Below are positions 11,815 through 25,354 of a stretch of DNA of 64,000 nucleotides, piece after piece (within the stretch, counting starts at the first letter, position 1; the number at the start of each line of letters is the position of its first letter). The notes under the pieces were generated by a model that worked only from the letters and a program-made list of their open reading frames with translations, did no database searches and had not been told where the DNA came from. The stretch covers positions 76,322,001-76,386,000 of the forward strand of contig OZ024744.1 in assembly GCA_964016885.1 (NCBI GenBank), read 5' to 3'. The DNA is from Eledone cirrhosa. Lineage: Eukaryota. The translations under genes and the position numbers were made by a program.

Positions 11815-12940
11815 TAATGATTTCTACTATAGGGACAAGGCCAGCAATTGGGGTACAAGAAAAAGTCAATTAAATCGACTCGAGTGCATTACTGGTACTT
11901 TATTTTATCGGCCCCTTAACGATGAAAGGTAACGCTAAACTCGGCGGGATTTGAACTCAGAATCTGTGGGTAAATATTGATTTCTACTATAGCCACAAGG
12001 CCAGCAATTAGAAGGAGAGGTGAAAGTCCATTAAATCGATCCTAGTGCATTACTGGTACTTTATTTTATCTACACCGTAAGGATGAAAGGCAAAGTTAAC
12101 CTAGGCGGAATTTTAACTCTGAACGTAAAGGGATGTAACTCTATGTCGCGAAACAGTGTCAGACGCTCTACCGATACTGCCAATCCACCACCCTAATCTG
12201 TGGGTAAATAATGCTTTCTTTAATAGGCACAAGGCCAGTAATTTGGGGGGAGGAGAAAGTCGATTAAATCGAACCCAGTGCATGATTGGTACTTTATTTT
12301 ATCGAACCGTAAGGATGAAAGGCAAAGGTAACCTCGACAGGATTTGATTTCAGAACGTAAAGAGCCATAATTCTATGCTGCAAAGCATGGTGTCTGACGT
12401 TCTACCGATACTGTCAATCCACCGGCTTTTCTCTGGGTAAATAATTGTTTCTACTTTTGGCACAAGGCCAGCAATTATTCCAGTGTATTACTGGTACTTT
12501 ATTTTATCCACCTCGTAAGAATGAAAGACAAAGTTAACCTCGGCGGGATTTGAACTCAGATCATAAAGGGCCGTAACTCTATGCTGCAAAACATGACGTC
12601 CGACTCTCTGCCGATACTGCCAATCCACCGCCCTAATTGTTTCTTATATAGACACAAGGCCAGCAATTTTGGTGGAGGGGAAAGTCGATTAATTCTGCCC
12701 CAGTACATTACTGGTACATTATTTTATCGACCCCGTAAGGATGAAAGGCAAAGCTAACATTGGCCGTAACTCTTTGTTGCAAAGCATGGCGTCCGACCCT
12801 CTACCGGTACTGCCAATCCACCGCCACAATCTGTGGGTAAATAATTGTTTCTACTTTAGGCACAAGGCCAGCAATAAACCAGTGCATTACTGGTACTTTA
12901 TTTTATCGACCCCGTAAGGATGAAAGGCAAAGGGTAAATA
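11815..12940 (-). mobile_element. Head-to-tail stack of ~6 copies of the same SINE
   Basis: Repeated ggcacaaggccagc...gatactgccaatccaccgcc units, mostly separated by aatctgtgggtaaata. Confidence 0.9.
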
Positions 12941-13131
12941 ATAAACTTAGTTACCACGTTGTAAAAGAGTTACAAAGATTTCTGTGGCAATATGTTTTTT
13001 GCATGTTGATAAAAGTGTGCCACGAAACATAACTCAAGTGGACCAATGCCATGAATTGTGATAGCTCAGATGGTATTTAATGGTATACGGAAGAATAAAA
13101 TAAAATAAAATTCTGAATAAATTGAAATATA

Positions 13132-13135
<4 letters not shown>

Positions 13136-13207
<72 letters not shown>

Positions 13208-13734
13208 CGTGTGTGTGTGTGCGTGTGTGTGTGTGTTTGTTTGTTTGTGTGTGCGTCTGTGTGGTGTGTATGTATGTAAATACACACATTAGACATATTT
13301 AAGAATTTATGTATACATAGACATGTATATATATATATGCATATGTAAATACAAATGTATGTATATATGTATATATGTATATATATGTGTGTCTATGTAC
13401 ATATATATATACATAGACATGTATATATATATATGCATATGTAAATACAAATGTATGTATATATGTATATATGTATATATATGTGTGTCTATGTACATAT
13501 ATATGTTTAAATATATTTAATGTGTGTATATACATACACACATACATTACATACATACATACACACATACATTACATACATACATACACACACACAAACA
13601 CGCACACACATATGGTTATGTGTGTGTATGCATGTATGTATTTATGTATGTATGTTTGTATATATGTATATATGTTCATATTTATATATATGTATGCATA
13701 TGTGTGTATATATGTATGTATGTATATGTGTATG

Positions 13735-13783
<49 letters not shown>

Positions 13784-14220
13784 GTATAAGTGTATGTATA
13801 TATGTATGCATGTATATATGTATGTATATATGTATATATGTATGTACGAATGTATGTATATATGTATGTATGTATGTATGTATGTGTGTATGTATATATG
13901 TATATGTGCATGTGTATATGTATTTATATATGTATATATATATATGTATGTATGTATATATGTATGTATGTATATATGTAAGAATGTATGTATGTATATA
14001 TGTATATATGTTTATATATATATATATATATATACATATATAAATACATATATACATACACATATACATATATACATACACACATACATACATATATACA
14101 TACATTCGTATGTATATATATATATATGTATGTATATATGTATACATATATGTATGTATATATATATATATGTATGTTTGTATGTATGTGTATGTATATA
14201 TGTATATATGTATGTATCTG
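13136..14220. repeat. Compound (TG)n/(TATG)n/(TA)n low-complexity block, including a ~97-bp tandem duplication at 13310-13505
   Basis: Direct inspection. Confidence 0.95.
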
Positions 14221-14809
14221 TTTTAACTATAAGTACACCCCATATTTAGAGTAATACAGGAGTTTAAATTACGTTTTTTATTGAACCTGTGTGAATTCAT
14301 TCTTTCATTTGGGAATTACATATATAAAATAAAAATCACAAACATAATCGGTTTCTAACATTCGGAAAGACATGTAATATATTTTGCATTCAACTCAAGA
14401 AAGTTGGAATCTGCGTTAATATGACTTCTTGATAGTCGGCTGAGTACGCATGTCTGTGTTTTTTCCCCACTTTGAAACAGACGAAATTCACATACATATT
14501 TGCATGCAGCTATGTCGAAGCTAAATACTAATTCTATTTTAAATTGCAAATAAGACTAATCAGCCAATTTACGCAGACGAAAACCCTATATGTTTTCGCC
14601 CGTTTCCAGGTCTAACAGTTGGAAGCGGGAAACATTGTCCTGGTGAGAACTATTTAAGTTCGAACTGCATAGACAATTATCCCCCTTGTTTCTGCTGGAC
14701 ACCGGTCGGCACTGACCTACTAGTCTTCTATTCATAGGTGAGGCTTTCAAAATATTCATTTATTAAACGTACCGCATATATTTACCTATACGAAATTCAC
14801 ACCCACATA

Positions 14810-15656
<847 letters not shown>

Positions 15657-15959
15657 GGGGGGGGGGAGGGAGAGAGAAAGAGAGAAAGAAAAGGTGAAGT
15701 TGGAAATGGCATGGAAAATAAATTTTAGGGTCTGTTTTTCTTTTTTTTTATCCTTTCTTTGATTCGCCAAAGTGATATTATTGAAAAGATGACATTATTG
15801 CAAAAATGAAAGGGACAATTTAAAAAAAAAAAAGTTTTTAATGTATATAAAGTATATAAAGTATTACCGGTTTCTATGTGTATATGTGTGTGCGTGTGTG
15901 TGTATGTGTAGTTGTTTCTAAATTAGGCACAAGGCCAACAAATTGGTGAGGGCCGGAAC

Positions 15960-16240
15960 TGCGAATGCGTGTGTCTTGTAAGTGTTTTTGTCTTACGATC
16001 ATAATGCCGTGGATTCGAATCTTAGACTGGGTCGTTTGGTGTGTTCTTGAGCAAAACACTTCATTTCACGTTGCTCCAGTATAACCTACTGAAAATGAGT
16101 ACCAGCAGCAATATCTGGGGATATAAACCAGCGACGGACTGGCGTCCTGTCAAGTGGGAAGACTTGTACTCTCAGTCGCTTAAGATGACGAAAACTGAAA
16201 TAATCACTGGCCTGATGAGCCTCCGGGCTCGAGACAGACT
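15960..16240 (+). mobile_element. Degenerate second SINE family
   Basis: B-box-like GGATTCGAATC followed by TTGAGCAAAACACTT core-like segment. Confidence 0.45.
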
Positions 16241-16246
16241 TTAGAC

Positions 16247-16535
16247 CAGTCATGTACAACTCGCGGCCCACGAAGCTTTCTGAATGGCTCACCTAAGTCA
16301 CCTAAGTGAACTCTTTCTGATTTTTTTACCCCAACTTTTCAGTCTTAATTTATCTTTCTATCATTTTCACGATCGAGGAAAAAAACGTGTACGAATTCTG
16401 AAGAAACAAATCAAAACAACCTGAGTTACCACCCTTTTTTTATGTGGGCACGAATGTAAATTAGCGCTTGTGGCCCGCCTGATGATGAGCTATATCTCGT
16501 ACGACCCGCTTCTCGAAAAAGGTTGCCCATGCTTG
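16247..16535. mobile_element. hAT-type MITE (second copy ~19851-20143)
   Basis: Ends CAGTCATGTACAAC / GGTTGCCCATGCTTG. Internal sequence shared with the 19.9-kb copy. Confidence 0.7.
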
Positions 16536-16628
16536 CTGTAGACATTACTGAACTGATAGTTTATTTTATCGAATCCTGGAAGTATGAAAGACAATTTTGT
16601 CCTTCCGTTTACTTTTTGTGTGTGTTTG

Positions 16629-16659
<31 letters not shown>

Positions 16660-16984
16660 ATGTGTATGCGCGCGTGTGTGTGTGTGAACAAAATATAAAA
16701 CCCAAATTGCCTGAGGAGAGCGATCAGCAAGATATGAATACATGTAAATATATTTGAATATGGCAAGTGTGTGTGTGGGGGGAGCAAAAATCGCAATAAC
16801 AGAGACTATCCTCGCAATTTCAAAACCGAAACTCCCTTTGGGAGTTTGTAGATTATGAGAAGTAGCTTGAGATAACTCAATTCTTTTGGATGGAACAGTT
16901 TAATATAATGCAGAGTGAGTGAAGGTTATATATTTATAAGTCAAGTTGGTGAAACAATGTTTTAATCATATTATTCTAACCCAT

Positions 16985-17135
16985 GCTTTGACGCATAGAG
17001 TTACAGCCCTTGCCATTCTGAGTTCAAATCCCGCCGAGGTTAACATTGCCGTTTATCCTTATGGGGTCGATAAAATAAAGTACCAGTAATACACTGGTTA
17101 ATTGCTGGCCTTGTGCCTAACGTAGAAACAATTAT
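16985..17135 (+). mobile_element. tRNA-derived SINE copy
   Basis: gagttcaaatcccgccgagg...ggccttgtgcctaacgtagaaacaattatt. Confidence 0.85.
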
Positions 17136-17444
17136 TCTAACCGACTTACTAAGTGAATATGCTTCGCTGAGGAGATCTAATAAGACCGAAATTTGTCGCT
17201 GCTTTCACTAAGTTGACTTATAAACAGTGTATACTCCCACTGTATTGTCTTAAATAGTTCCGAGAGACGTGGACTAGTTTAGGCTATAGAAGATATCTCT
17301 CCTGTTTGCTTGCTGGTTATTACCTGAACGAACACCTCCGTCTTGAAGTTCTGTTGTTTTTTTTGACACCCCACTCGCTATATCGGCATATTCAGACAGC
17401 GAATCTCTATTTGTTTGTGTAGCACACATACTAACACACAAACA

Positions 17445-17575
<131 letters not shown>

Positions 17576-17628
17576 ACATACACACAAACACAAACACACA
17601 TACACACAAACAAATACACACAAACACA

Positions 17629-18872
17629 GATAGATATATTTCTTTATTTGCCACAAGGGCGCACAAGAAAAGGGAACAATACAAAGACACATGCCGGGGA
17701 TTTTACATACAGTCGTGTAAAAATATTGAAACAAACAATTATAACAATCGAAATCCCCAATAGGGGGGAATCGCCACAAATGGGTTGTTTAATACCTCCT
17801 CGACAGAACAACCCTCAACTTCAGGAACGTGTTGTGTAAGTGCTCCTTTCTTCCTTTTGCTCTCTTCTTTAACCTACAGGCTTATAAACAGAGAAGACCC
17901 AATCACTCGGGCCATTTTCGCTTCATTCACCCACCTTTCAGTAAATTTACTGGAGTGCAGTGCCTCTCTTTCCACTCTGATTCTCCATCTAAAGTGATAC
18001 TTAAAGAAGGGAATCAATTGTTGTCCGGAGAGAAAGGCATCTGTCCTCAGTCCTCTCAATCTCGTACACCAGATAACCTCTTTCACCATAGCCACCGTAC
18101 AGAGGAAAACCGCCTCTCTTTCGTTTTTGAAAGAGGCTGGCGGTTTGATATTTACTATAGACTTGGCAGTCAACTGGATTTGTCCCATACGCGACAGCAG
18201 TTGTTTTGCATGGCTCCACAGGTCGGTTACGCCCGGGCAGTGTACAATTGCGTGCAAGACGGTTTCAATGTCCTGCTCGCATCTTGGATACGTCCTCTTG
18301 GAAGGATCCCTGCCGAGCCGTCCGTGCCTGTAGTTCTTATCTCGAACGGGTAGAGCTTCTCAGTAGCTCTGACAGGCCAGGGACCTCTGGAAGTTGTCCA
18401 TAGGTTCCGGGCGGAAAGTCCTACCGAACAGACTGGTGAGCTCGTCGTCTTCGACGCCTAGAGTCTCCCCGAGCATGTTGTCGCACTTGTAAAGTACTAA
18501 TCACCTATAGAATGTTAAACTGGAGTCTCCACTGATTGCTGTGCCCGTTTGACTGAGGACTGGGAGCGCCTGGGCTCATTCAATGTGCCAGGCGCCCATC
18601 TTCTTCGGTCTTCGTTTCACCCAGGACTGCAGCTCCGTCTGAGAGACAAGTTGTGGGAAGGCCTGTCTCACAAACGGTGCCCACACCTGTTGGTCTGTGA
18701 GGAATACCTGGAGATGCCGTAGCCTCAGCGCATGTTTGCGCATCATTAGCCACGGCATGCCCAGCCCTCGTTTTAGGGTGTTGACAGCAGCCGGATCTCC
18801 TCACAAGTGGAGCCTGCTTCTTCCACAGGAACTGGAAGAGCATGCCTTCCATCTTGGTGAGGTATTTACGGG
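17629..18872 (-). mobile_element. 5'-truncated Tx1 LINE, lineage B relative, inserted in (TATC)n
   Basis: Frameshifted ORF2 3' peptides (MPWLMMRKHALRLRHL; HAIVHCPGVTDLW...SLFISL). 3' end CCTTGTGGCAAATAAAGAAATATATCTATC. (GATA)n tract at 18873-18982. Confidence 0.92.
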
Positions 18873-18902
18873 GATAGATAGTTAGATAGATAGATAAATA
18901 GT

Positions 18903-18982
<80 letters not shown>

Positions 18983-19183
18983 GGGGCCGGCAGTTATTGT
19001 TCTTGGTAACAATAACAACTAGATAAAAGTACTCACAACTAGTTTCATATTTGAGTAAATTAAATTTATGATTGTCTTTGTTGACACACTTATCTTCACT
19101 CAGAATAGCTTATCAAAACATTGTTTTCATAAGCTATTTTCAGCGAAATATACTTACGTATGTCAACAAAGATATATATAATG

Positions 19184-19262
<79 letters not shown>

Positions 19263-19273
19263 CGAGAGAGAGA

Positions 19274-19312
<39 letters not shown>

Positions 19313-19343
19313 TGTATGTATGTATGTATGTATGTATGTATGC

Positions 19344-19406
<63 letters not shown>

Positions 19407-19559
19407 ATACAAAATAATATATAATATATATGTTTGGGTTTGTGTGTTTTTGAGTGTGTGTGTGTATGTGTGTGAATGCATGCGTGCGTAGGTGTATGTA
19501 TGTCTGTGTGTGTGTGTGTGTGTGTCTATGCCTGTGTGTGTATGTGTGTGTGTGTGTGC

Positions 19560-19667
<108 letters not shown>

Positions 19668-19850
19668 CTGTGTGTGTGTGTGTGTGTGTGTTAGCCGTAC
19701 CAGTAAAGTCGTGTGATTCATACTAAAGGCGTATATGAAAGCATATACGATACGTTTATAATAAACTTATATAAGTCTCGCTACAAATGTTTTAAGGTGT
19801 GATCATGCCAGCGCTATCTCACTAGCTACGTAAAAGCGTCAGACGCTAGA

Positions 19851-20143
19851 CCAATAATGAACAACCTGTGGCCCGCGAAACTTTCTGAATGCTCGCCTAA
19901 GTCACCTAAGTGAAATCTTTCTGATTTTTTACCCCACTTTTCAGTCGTAATTTATCTTTCTATCGAGGAAAACAACGACCGAGGAGAACAACATGTACGA
20001 ATTCTGAAGAAACAAATCAAAACAACCTGAGTTACCGCCTTTTTTTTTAATGTGGGCACGAATAAAAATTACCGCTTGCGACCCGCCTGGTGATGAACCA
20101 TATCTCATGCGGCCCGCTTCTCAAAAAGGGTTGCCCATGCTTG
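19851..20143. mobile_element. hAT-type MITE, copy of 16247-16535
   Basis: Shared internal sequence and 3' end ggttgcccatgcttg. Confidence 0.7.
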
Positions 20144-20328
20144 CGCTAGAGTATCTTTATCCAAGATCCGTAATGTATCTTCATTCGGTACTGAGACATG
20201 AATAAGATATAGCTTTATACAATTTTGCGTATAAAACATCTTCTAGGGGATGTTTATTTGCATATGATGCAAATTTGGCTAGTCAGAATATAACGGCAAG
20301 TTGAAACAAGTTTGTCTTTTCTGTTTAA

Positions 20329-20548
20329 CCCTTTAGCATTCGCATTACTCTATATATACTATTACATTTTCATGGTAAATGCTTTACCTCACATAATTAT
20401 CTCACATAATATCGAATCTATGAGATTTTGAAAGTATTTATTTTGAGAACAATACCTTAACATCAGTTTGAGTGACCAGTTACAGGCAGTTTCAACAGAA
20501 AAAGGTAGAGAATTCTGGCCGGTTTTGGCCGGTTTGAACATTAAAGGG
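20329..20548. mobile_element. piggyBac-like MITE
   Basis: TTAA-CCCTTTA...TAAAGGG-TTAA. Confidence 0.65.
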
Positions 20549-21779
20549 TTAACATTATGGATTAAGTTTGATGTGAAGCAGGAGTTGGAGGACTTTTATA
20601 TTTTCTTAAATACGTGTTTCAATAGTAATAGTTACTATTAAAGCCAGGAATAGGAGCATGGGCTACCTTAGAATCAAAGCTGCAATACTAATAGCTAAGC
20701 TTAACCCACATATCAACAATACATTAGAATTCAACACGCAATATTTAACATAAAAACGCACACAAGTAACTCTTGACATACTAACAAACACAAACATAAT
20801 AGCCAACTCTAACAGACAAGTATAACTAGACACACAACATTTGACATAAACACGCACGCATACACAGCCCAAACACATAACTCAATCCAGAATAGCAAAA
20901 TTATCCAAAGTTTTGCAACTTGACACAACATTTGCATCGAAAACAAGAGACATAAAAACATAAACAAAAGCACACAATATTTGACACGCATACACTTAAC
21001 ATTATACACATGTCAGTCTACAGACGACGGCAACCTCTCGCTACTTCCGGCAGTTACAAATAGACCACCGCTTACAAACAAAGAAAGTAAGATGGTGTGC
21101 TTATAACAACAAAAGCACAAACCTCTAACCAGTTCCTTATTATAGGCTTCTTGTGAAGGGATTTTAGTCCCAAAATATTAAGACAGCTAAATAAAAGAAC
21201 AGGTAACACAGTAACACTTTCGTTACCTTCAAATCCTTCCAAAATCCACCGGGAATTTTGAATTGACGTAGTTTTCGAATAACAAATCAGCTTATACACC
21301 ATCACAACGCTTCAAGCAAACAACACCAGCTGTTGTCTTTCGCTGCTTACAATGAACCCCACTAACATAGGACATAACGTCTACATAGACATTCGACCTG
21401 TTTATAATCAGGAAGCAAATCTTCTTCATCTTACACGATACTGTTTTCAAAAACACACACACAAATTGGGGTGATATACATAGATAGACTGGGGTGGAAT
21501 ACATAGATAATATTTTATCTTTTAAACCCTAACTCCTGGTAGAGTCATAGAGGCACTCTGTGTGTGTGTGTGCATGCGCGCGTATGTGTGTGTACGTGTG
21601 TGTGTGTGTGTCTTTGTCTGTGTCCATGTGTGTGTAGGTGTGTATGAATGTTTCGCGTTTCTTGGTCATTTTTGTTTAAATCTGGTGGAACCCATCTGCT
21701 CTTCAGATCTGAATACGACTAATTTCTTCCAGAGTAAGGAAAAAGAATGATACAGAAGAAATGCCAAAGTGAGGAATAA

Positions 21780-22152
21780 ACATCCCAGTACAAGGCTGGT
21801 ACTTTTTTATCGACCTCTAAATGATGAAAGGCAAATTTGACCTCGGTAGGATTTGAACTCAGATAAGTGCAGAGGTCTGGGTTGAATTCTGCAAAGAATT
21901 CGACCCGACGCTCTAACAAGTCTGCTAATTCTCCGCTATATAATTGTTTCTGATTCAGGCGCAAGACCAACAATTTGGGGGGAGGGGAAAGTTGATAAAT
22001 CGACCCAAGTACATTACTGGTACATTATTTTATCGACCTCGTAAGGTTGAAAAGAAAGGTAAACCTCGACTGGATTTGAACGTAAAGGGCCATAATTCTA
22101 TGCCGTCGTAATTTTATGTCCCACGCTCTACCGATTATGCCAATCCACCGCC
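21780..22152 (-). mobile_element. Two adjacent tRNA-SINE copies
   Basis: Same core and B box as the other copies. Confidence 0.8.
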
Positions 22153-22447
22153 TTTTAATATTGGATAATGTAATCCCAGATATATTTTGTCTGAGTAAAA
22201 AGTAGGCAGCTTATTTATTCATTGCTGAGAGAATCCAGATCAGGGCAAACCTAACAACTAAACAACCAGAACAACTTGTCAATTAATTTGTCACTATATA
22301 ATATTGTGTTTATACAAATTTCTTGTATTTAATTGTAATTCTAAACCCTATATACATATATATAGATATACAGACACGGAGACACAGACACACACAGACA
22401 CACAGAGACACACACAGACAGACACACACACACACACACATATATAT

Positions 22448-22514
<67 letters not shown>

Positions 22515-22849
22515 CTTATATGTTTGTGCGTGTGTGTATGGATGTATGCATGTATGCATTTATAAATGTGCGTAATGTATGTATATATGTATGTATAAAT
22601 GTAATGTATATATATATATGCGTGTGTGTGTGTATGTTTGTATGTATGTAATGTATGTGTGTGTATGTATGTAATATATGTATGCACACATATATATATG
22701 TCTGCATCTATGTATTTATAATTTACACTGAACATAAGACATAAGATAAAAGACGCCGTTCTGTGTTAACTTGTCAAAGGTCAACGAGAGCTTCTTATGG
22801 CTGACCTCCATCTTGACATATTTTTAGCTCAATGAATTGGCGGATGTGG

Positions 22850-23090
22850 TCACAGCATGGCCAAATAGTTAATAAGTTCGCTTCGCATTCATTAGGTCCT
22901 GAGTTCAATTCTACTACCTTGCATCTTGAGCAAGTGTCATTGAACATCACAGCCTTAGGTCGATCTCATGACTTGTGAGAGAAATTGCATAGACTAGACG
23001 GAACCAGTTAGGAAACCCGTCGGATTGCCTGCACCTTTAATTCAAAGGATCAACCTTGTTATACATACTGTGTCAGCGTTGAATCACTGA
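22850..23090 (+). mobile_element. Degenerate tRNA-derived SINE, different family
   Basis: A-box-like TGGCCAAATAG, B box GAGTTCAATTC, then CTTGAGCAAGTGTC. Confidence 0.5.
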
Positions 23091-23220
23091 AAATTATCTA
23101 AAGCAGAGACCCCCCCCCCCCCCGGGGGGTCGTTGAGAAGGTCCAAGGGGTGGGGGGGGGGGGGGGGGGTAGAGATGATATAATAGTATATTAAATTTCA
23201 AATGATACATATGATATATA

Positions 23221-23321
23221 CCGTATTTCCCGGCGTCGAAGACGCTACTTTTTGCCTAAAATAAGTCTCAAAAATCTACAATGCATCCTGGAGGCCCATG
23301 TCATCGGCGACGGAAATACGG
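23221..23321. mobile_element. Tc1/mariner-pogo-type mini MITE
   Basis: TA-CCGTATTTCC...GGAAATACGG-TA. Confidence 0.7.
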
Positions 23322-23609
23322 TATATAGTAAAATAAAAAAATATTAAAAATTAAAAATTAAATATTATATATAAATTAATGATCTTATTTATTATATATA
23401 TTATTTACAATTTGCATGTAGGCAGATCTCTCTAGAAATAGAGTTAGTGTGTGTTAATTTTATAAGGAAGTTGTTCCTTTTACTCGAACAACCGGAATAC
23501 TCAAACAACCGGAATGATATTCGTCGAAACCGGCGGAGGACCATTATTCTATAATTGGCGGAAACATAAAGGTCAATAATGAGTTTTTCTCTCTATATAT
23601 ATATATATA

Positions 23610-23800
23610 ATAATAATAATTGTTTCTACGTTAGGCACAAGGCCAGCAATTACCCAGTGCATTACTGGTACTTTATTTTATCGACCCCTTAAGGATGAAA
23701 GGCAAAGTTAACCTCGGCGGGATTTGAACTCAGATCGTAAAGGGACGTAACTATGCTGGAAAGCATGGCGTCCGACCCTCTACCGATACTGCCAATCCAC
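23610..23800 (-). mobile_element. tRNA-derived SINE, near-consensus, in (TAA)n
   Basis: Full head, core and tail. aataataataat on both flanks. Confidence 0.92.
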
Positions 23801-24200
23801 AATAATAATAATATTATTTATAGTTATATATACACTATATACAACTATACACAGGAAAGATCAGTAATTTATTACTACCTTATTATCAGTAAGAAAAAAT
23901 AGCTCAACGTAAATACATGAGATGTATATATATAAATGTATATATATATATATATTTTTTTTTTTTTTCTTTGTCAATTATGATTCTCTCTGTTCGTTTT
24001 AATACATAAAATGGCTGCGTATGTAACAAATTGTACTTTACACCCCAATCCTAGTTAGAATGAGATCGGGCGGCGAATTGTTGGTACAGTTGTTAATAAG
24101 ACGAGGTCAGCTTTGAATTTCATCTTTTCGAGGTCTTTAGAAAAATGAAACAGTCTAGTGCTGGGGTTGATTCTTCCTCTATATCGCTTTATCACACCCC

Positions 24201-24235
<35 letters not shown>

Positions 24236-24242
24236 CTCTATC

Positions 24243-25130
24243 AGTCATTCTATAGAGGGTTGGTCCGCAGCAAGTGCGACGACGCGCTCGGTGAAACTCT
24301 AGGCGTGGAGGAAGATGAACTGGCCAGTCTGTTCGGTAGGACCTTCCGCCCGGGACCGATGGACAACTTCCAAAAGTCCCTGGCCTGGCAGTGCTACCGA
24401 GGAGCTCTACCAGTTCGAGACAAGCTCTACAGACATGGGCGCCCGGGCAGGGACCCTGCAAAAAAGATCTGTCCGAGGTGCGTGCGAGACGAAGAAACCG
24501 TCGCGCACGCATTCATACACTGCCCGGGCGTCACTGACCTGTGGGGCTATGTAGAACGACTATTGTCGCGGGTGGGACCAATCCAGTTGACCACCGAGTC
24601 CATTGTCATGATCAAACCGCCACCCTCCTTCAAAAACGAAGGAGAGGCGGTTTTCCTTTGTGTGATAGCTATGGCGAAAGAGGTTGTATGGTGGACAAGG
24701 TTGAAAGGGCTGAGGTCAGACACCTTTCTCTCCGGCCAACAACTGATTCTTTTTTTCAAATACCACTTTGGAAGAAGAATCAGGATGGAGAGAGAGGTGC
24801 TGTACCCCAGCAAGTTTTATGAAAGGTGGGTGAAAGTGGCGAGAATGGCCCGAGTGAATGGGCCTTCTCTCTATATCAGCCTGTAGGTTGAGGAAAAGGA
24901 GGAGGAGAGGAAAGGAGTACAAGCTCTTCGTACTCCTGGAGATGAGGGTTGCACATTTTTTTCGGGGGTCTGTGTTACCCATATAAACTGTCTCCCTCTA
25001 TTGGGGAAAATCGACTAACTTTTAAATTCCATCTGTGATAACATTTTACACGTTTTTATTGTATGTAAACTTCCCCCTTTGTATTTGTCCCCTTCTTTTG
25101 TGCCCCTGTGGCTAATAAAGAAATATATCT
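24243..25130 (+). mobile_element. Tx1 lineage B 3' fragment, direct repeat of 30097-30980
   Basis: Near-identical to the 3' 890 bp of the adjacent full-length copy. Preceded by (TCTA)n. Confidence 0.95.
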
Positions 25131-25354
25131 CTCTATCAGTCGTGTGTCACTTCGCGGAGAAGTTTCCGTTAATTTATGTAAGGAAAAAACGTGAGTTTTT
25201 AGTTCAATTTTATATCATTGTGTAACTTGACCACCCGTCTGGACCTTCAGGTGGTGGGTCAACTCATTTTCGCCCCTTCAGGGGCGGAATATCCATTTAA
25301 AAAATTTTTCTCCTTCGAATCTTGGAAAAAATATTGTAAAAGTTTGATTACGTT

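Noticed and set aside
11815-12940. CRISPR-like repeat/spacer appearance
   Set aside because: Eukaryotic context with no cas genes. The long units are SINE copies and the short units are target duplications.
17274-17420. Possible host exon on the minus strand (TQTNRDSLSEYADIASG...)
   Set aside because: No recognisable domain or partner exons. The open frame is short and entered from a (TG)n tract.
23610-23800. tRNA gene
   Set aside because: A and B boxes are present but there is no cloverleaf. It is a multi-copy SINE head.
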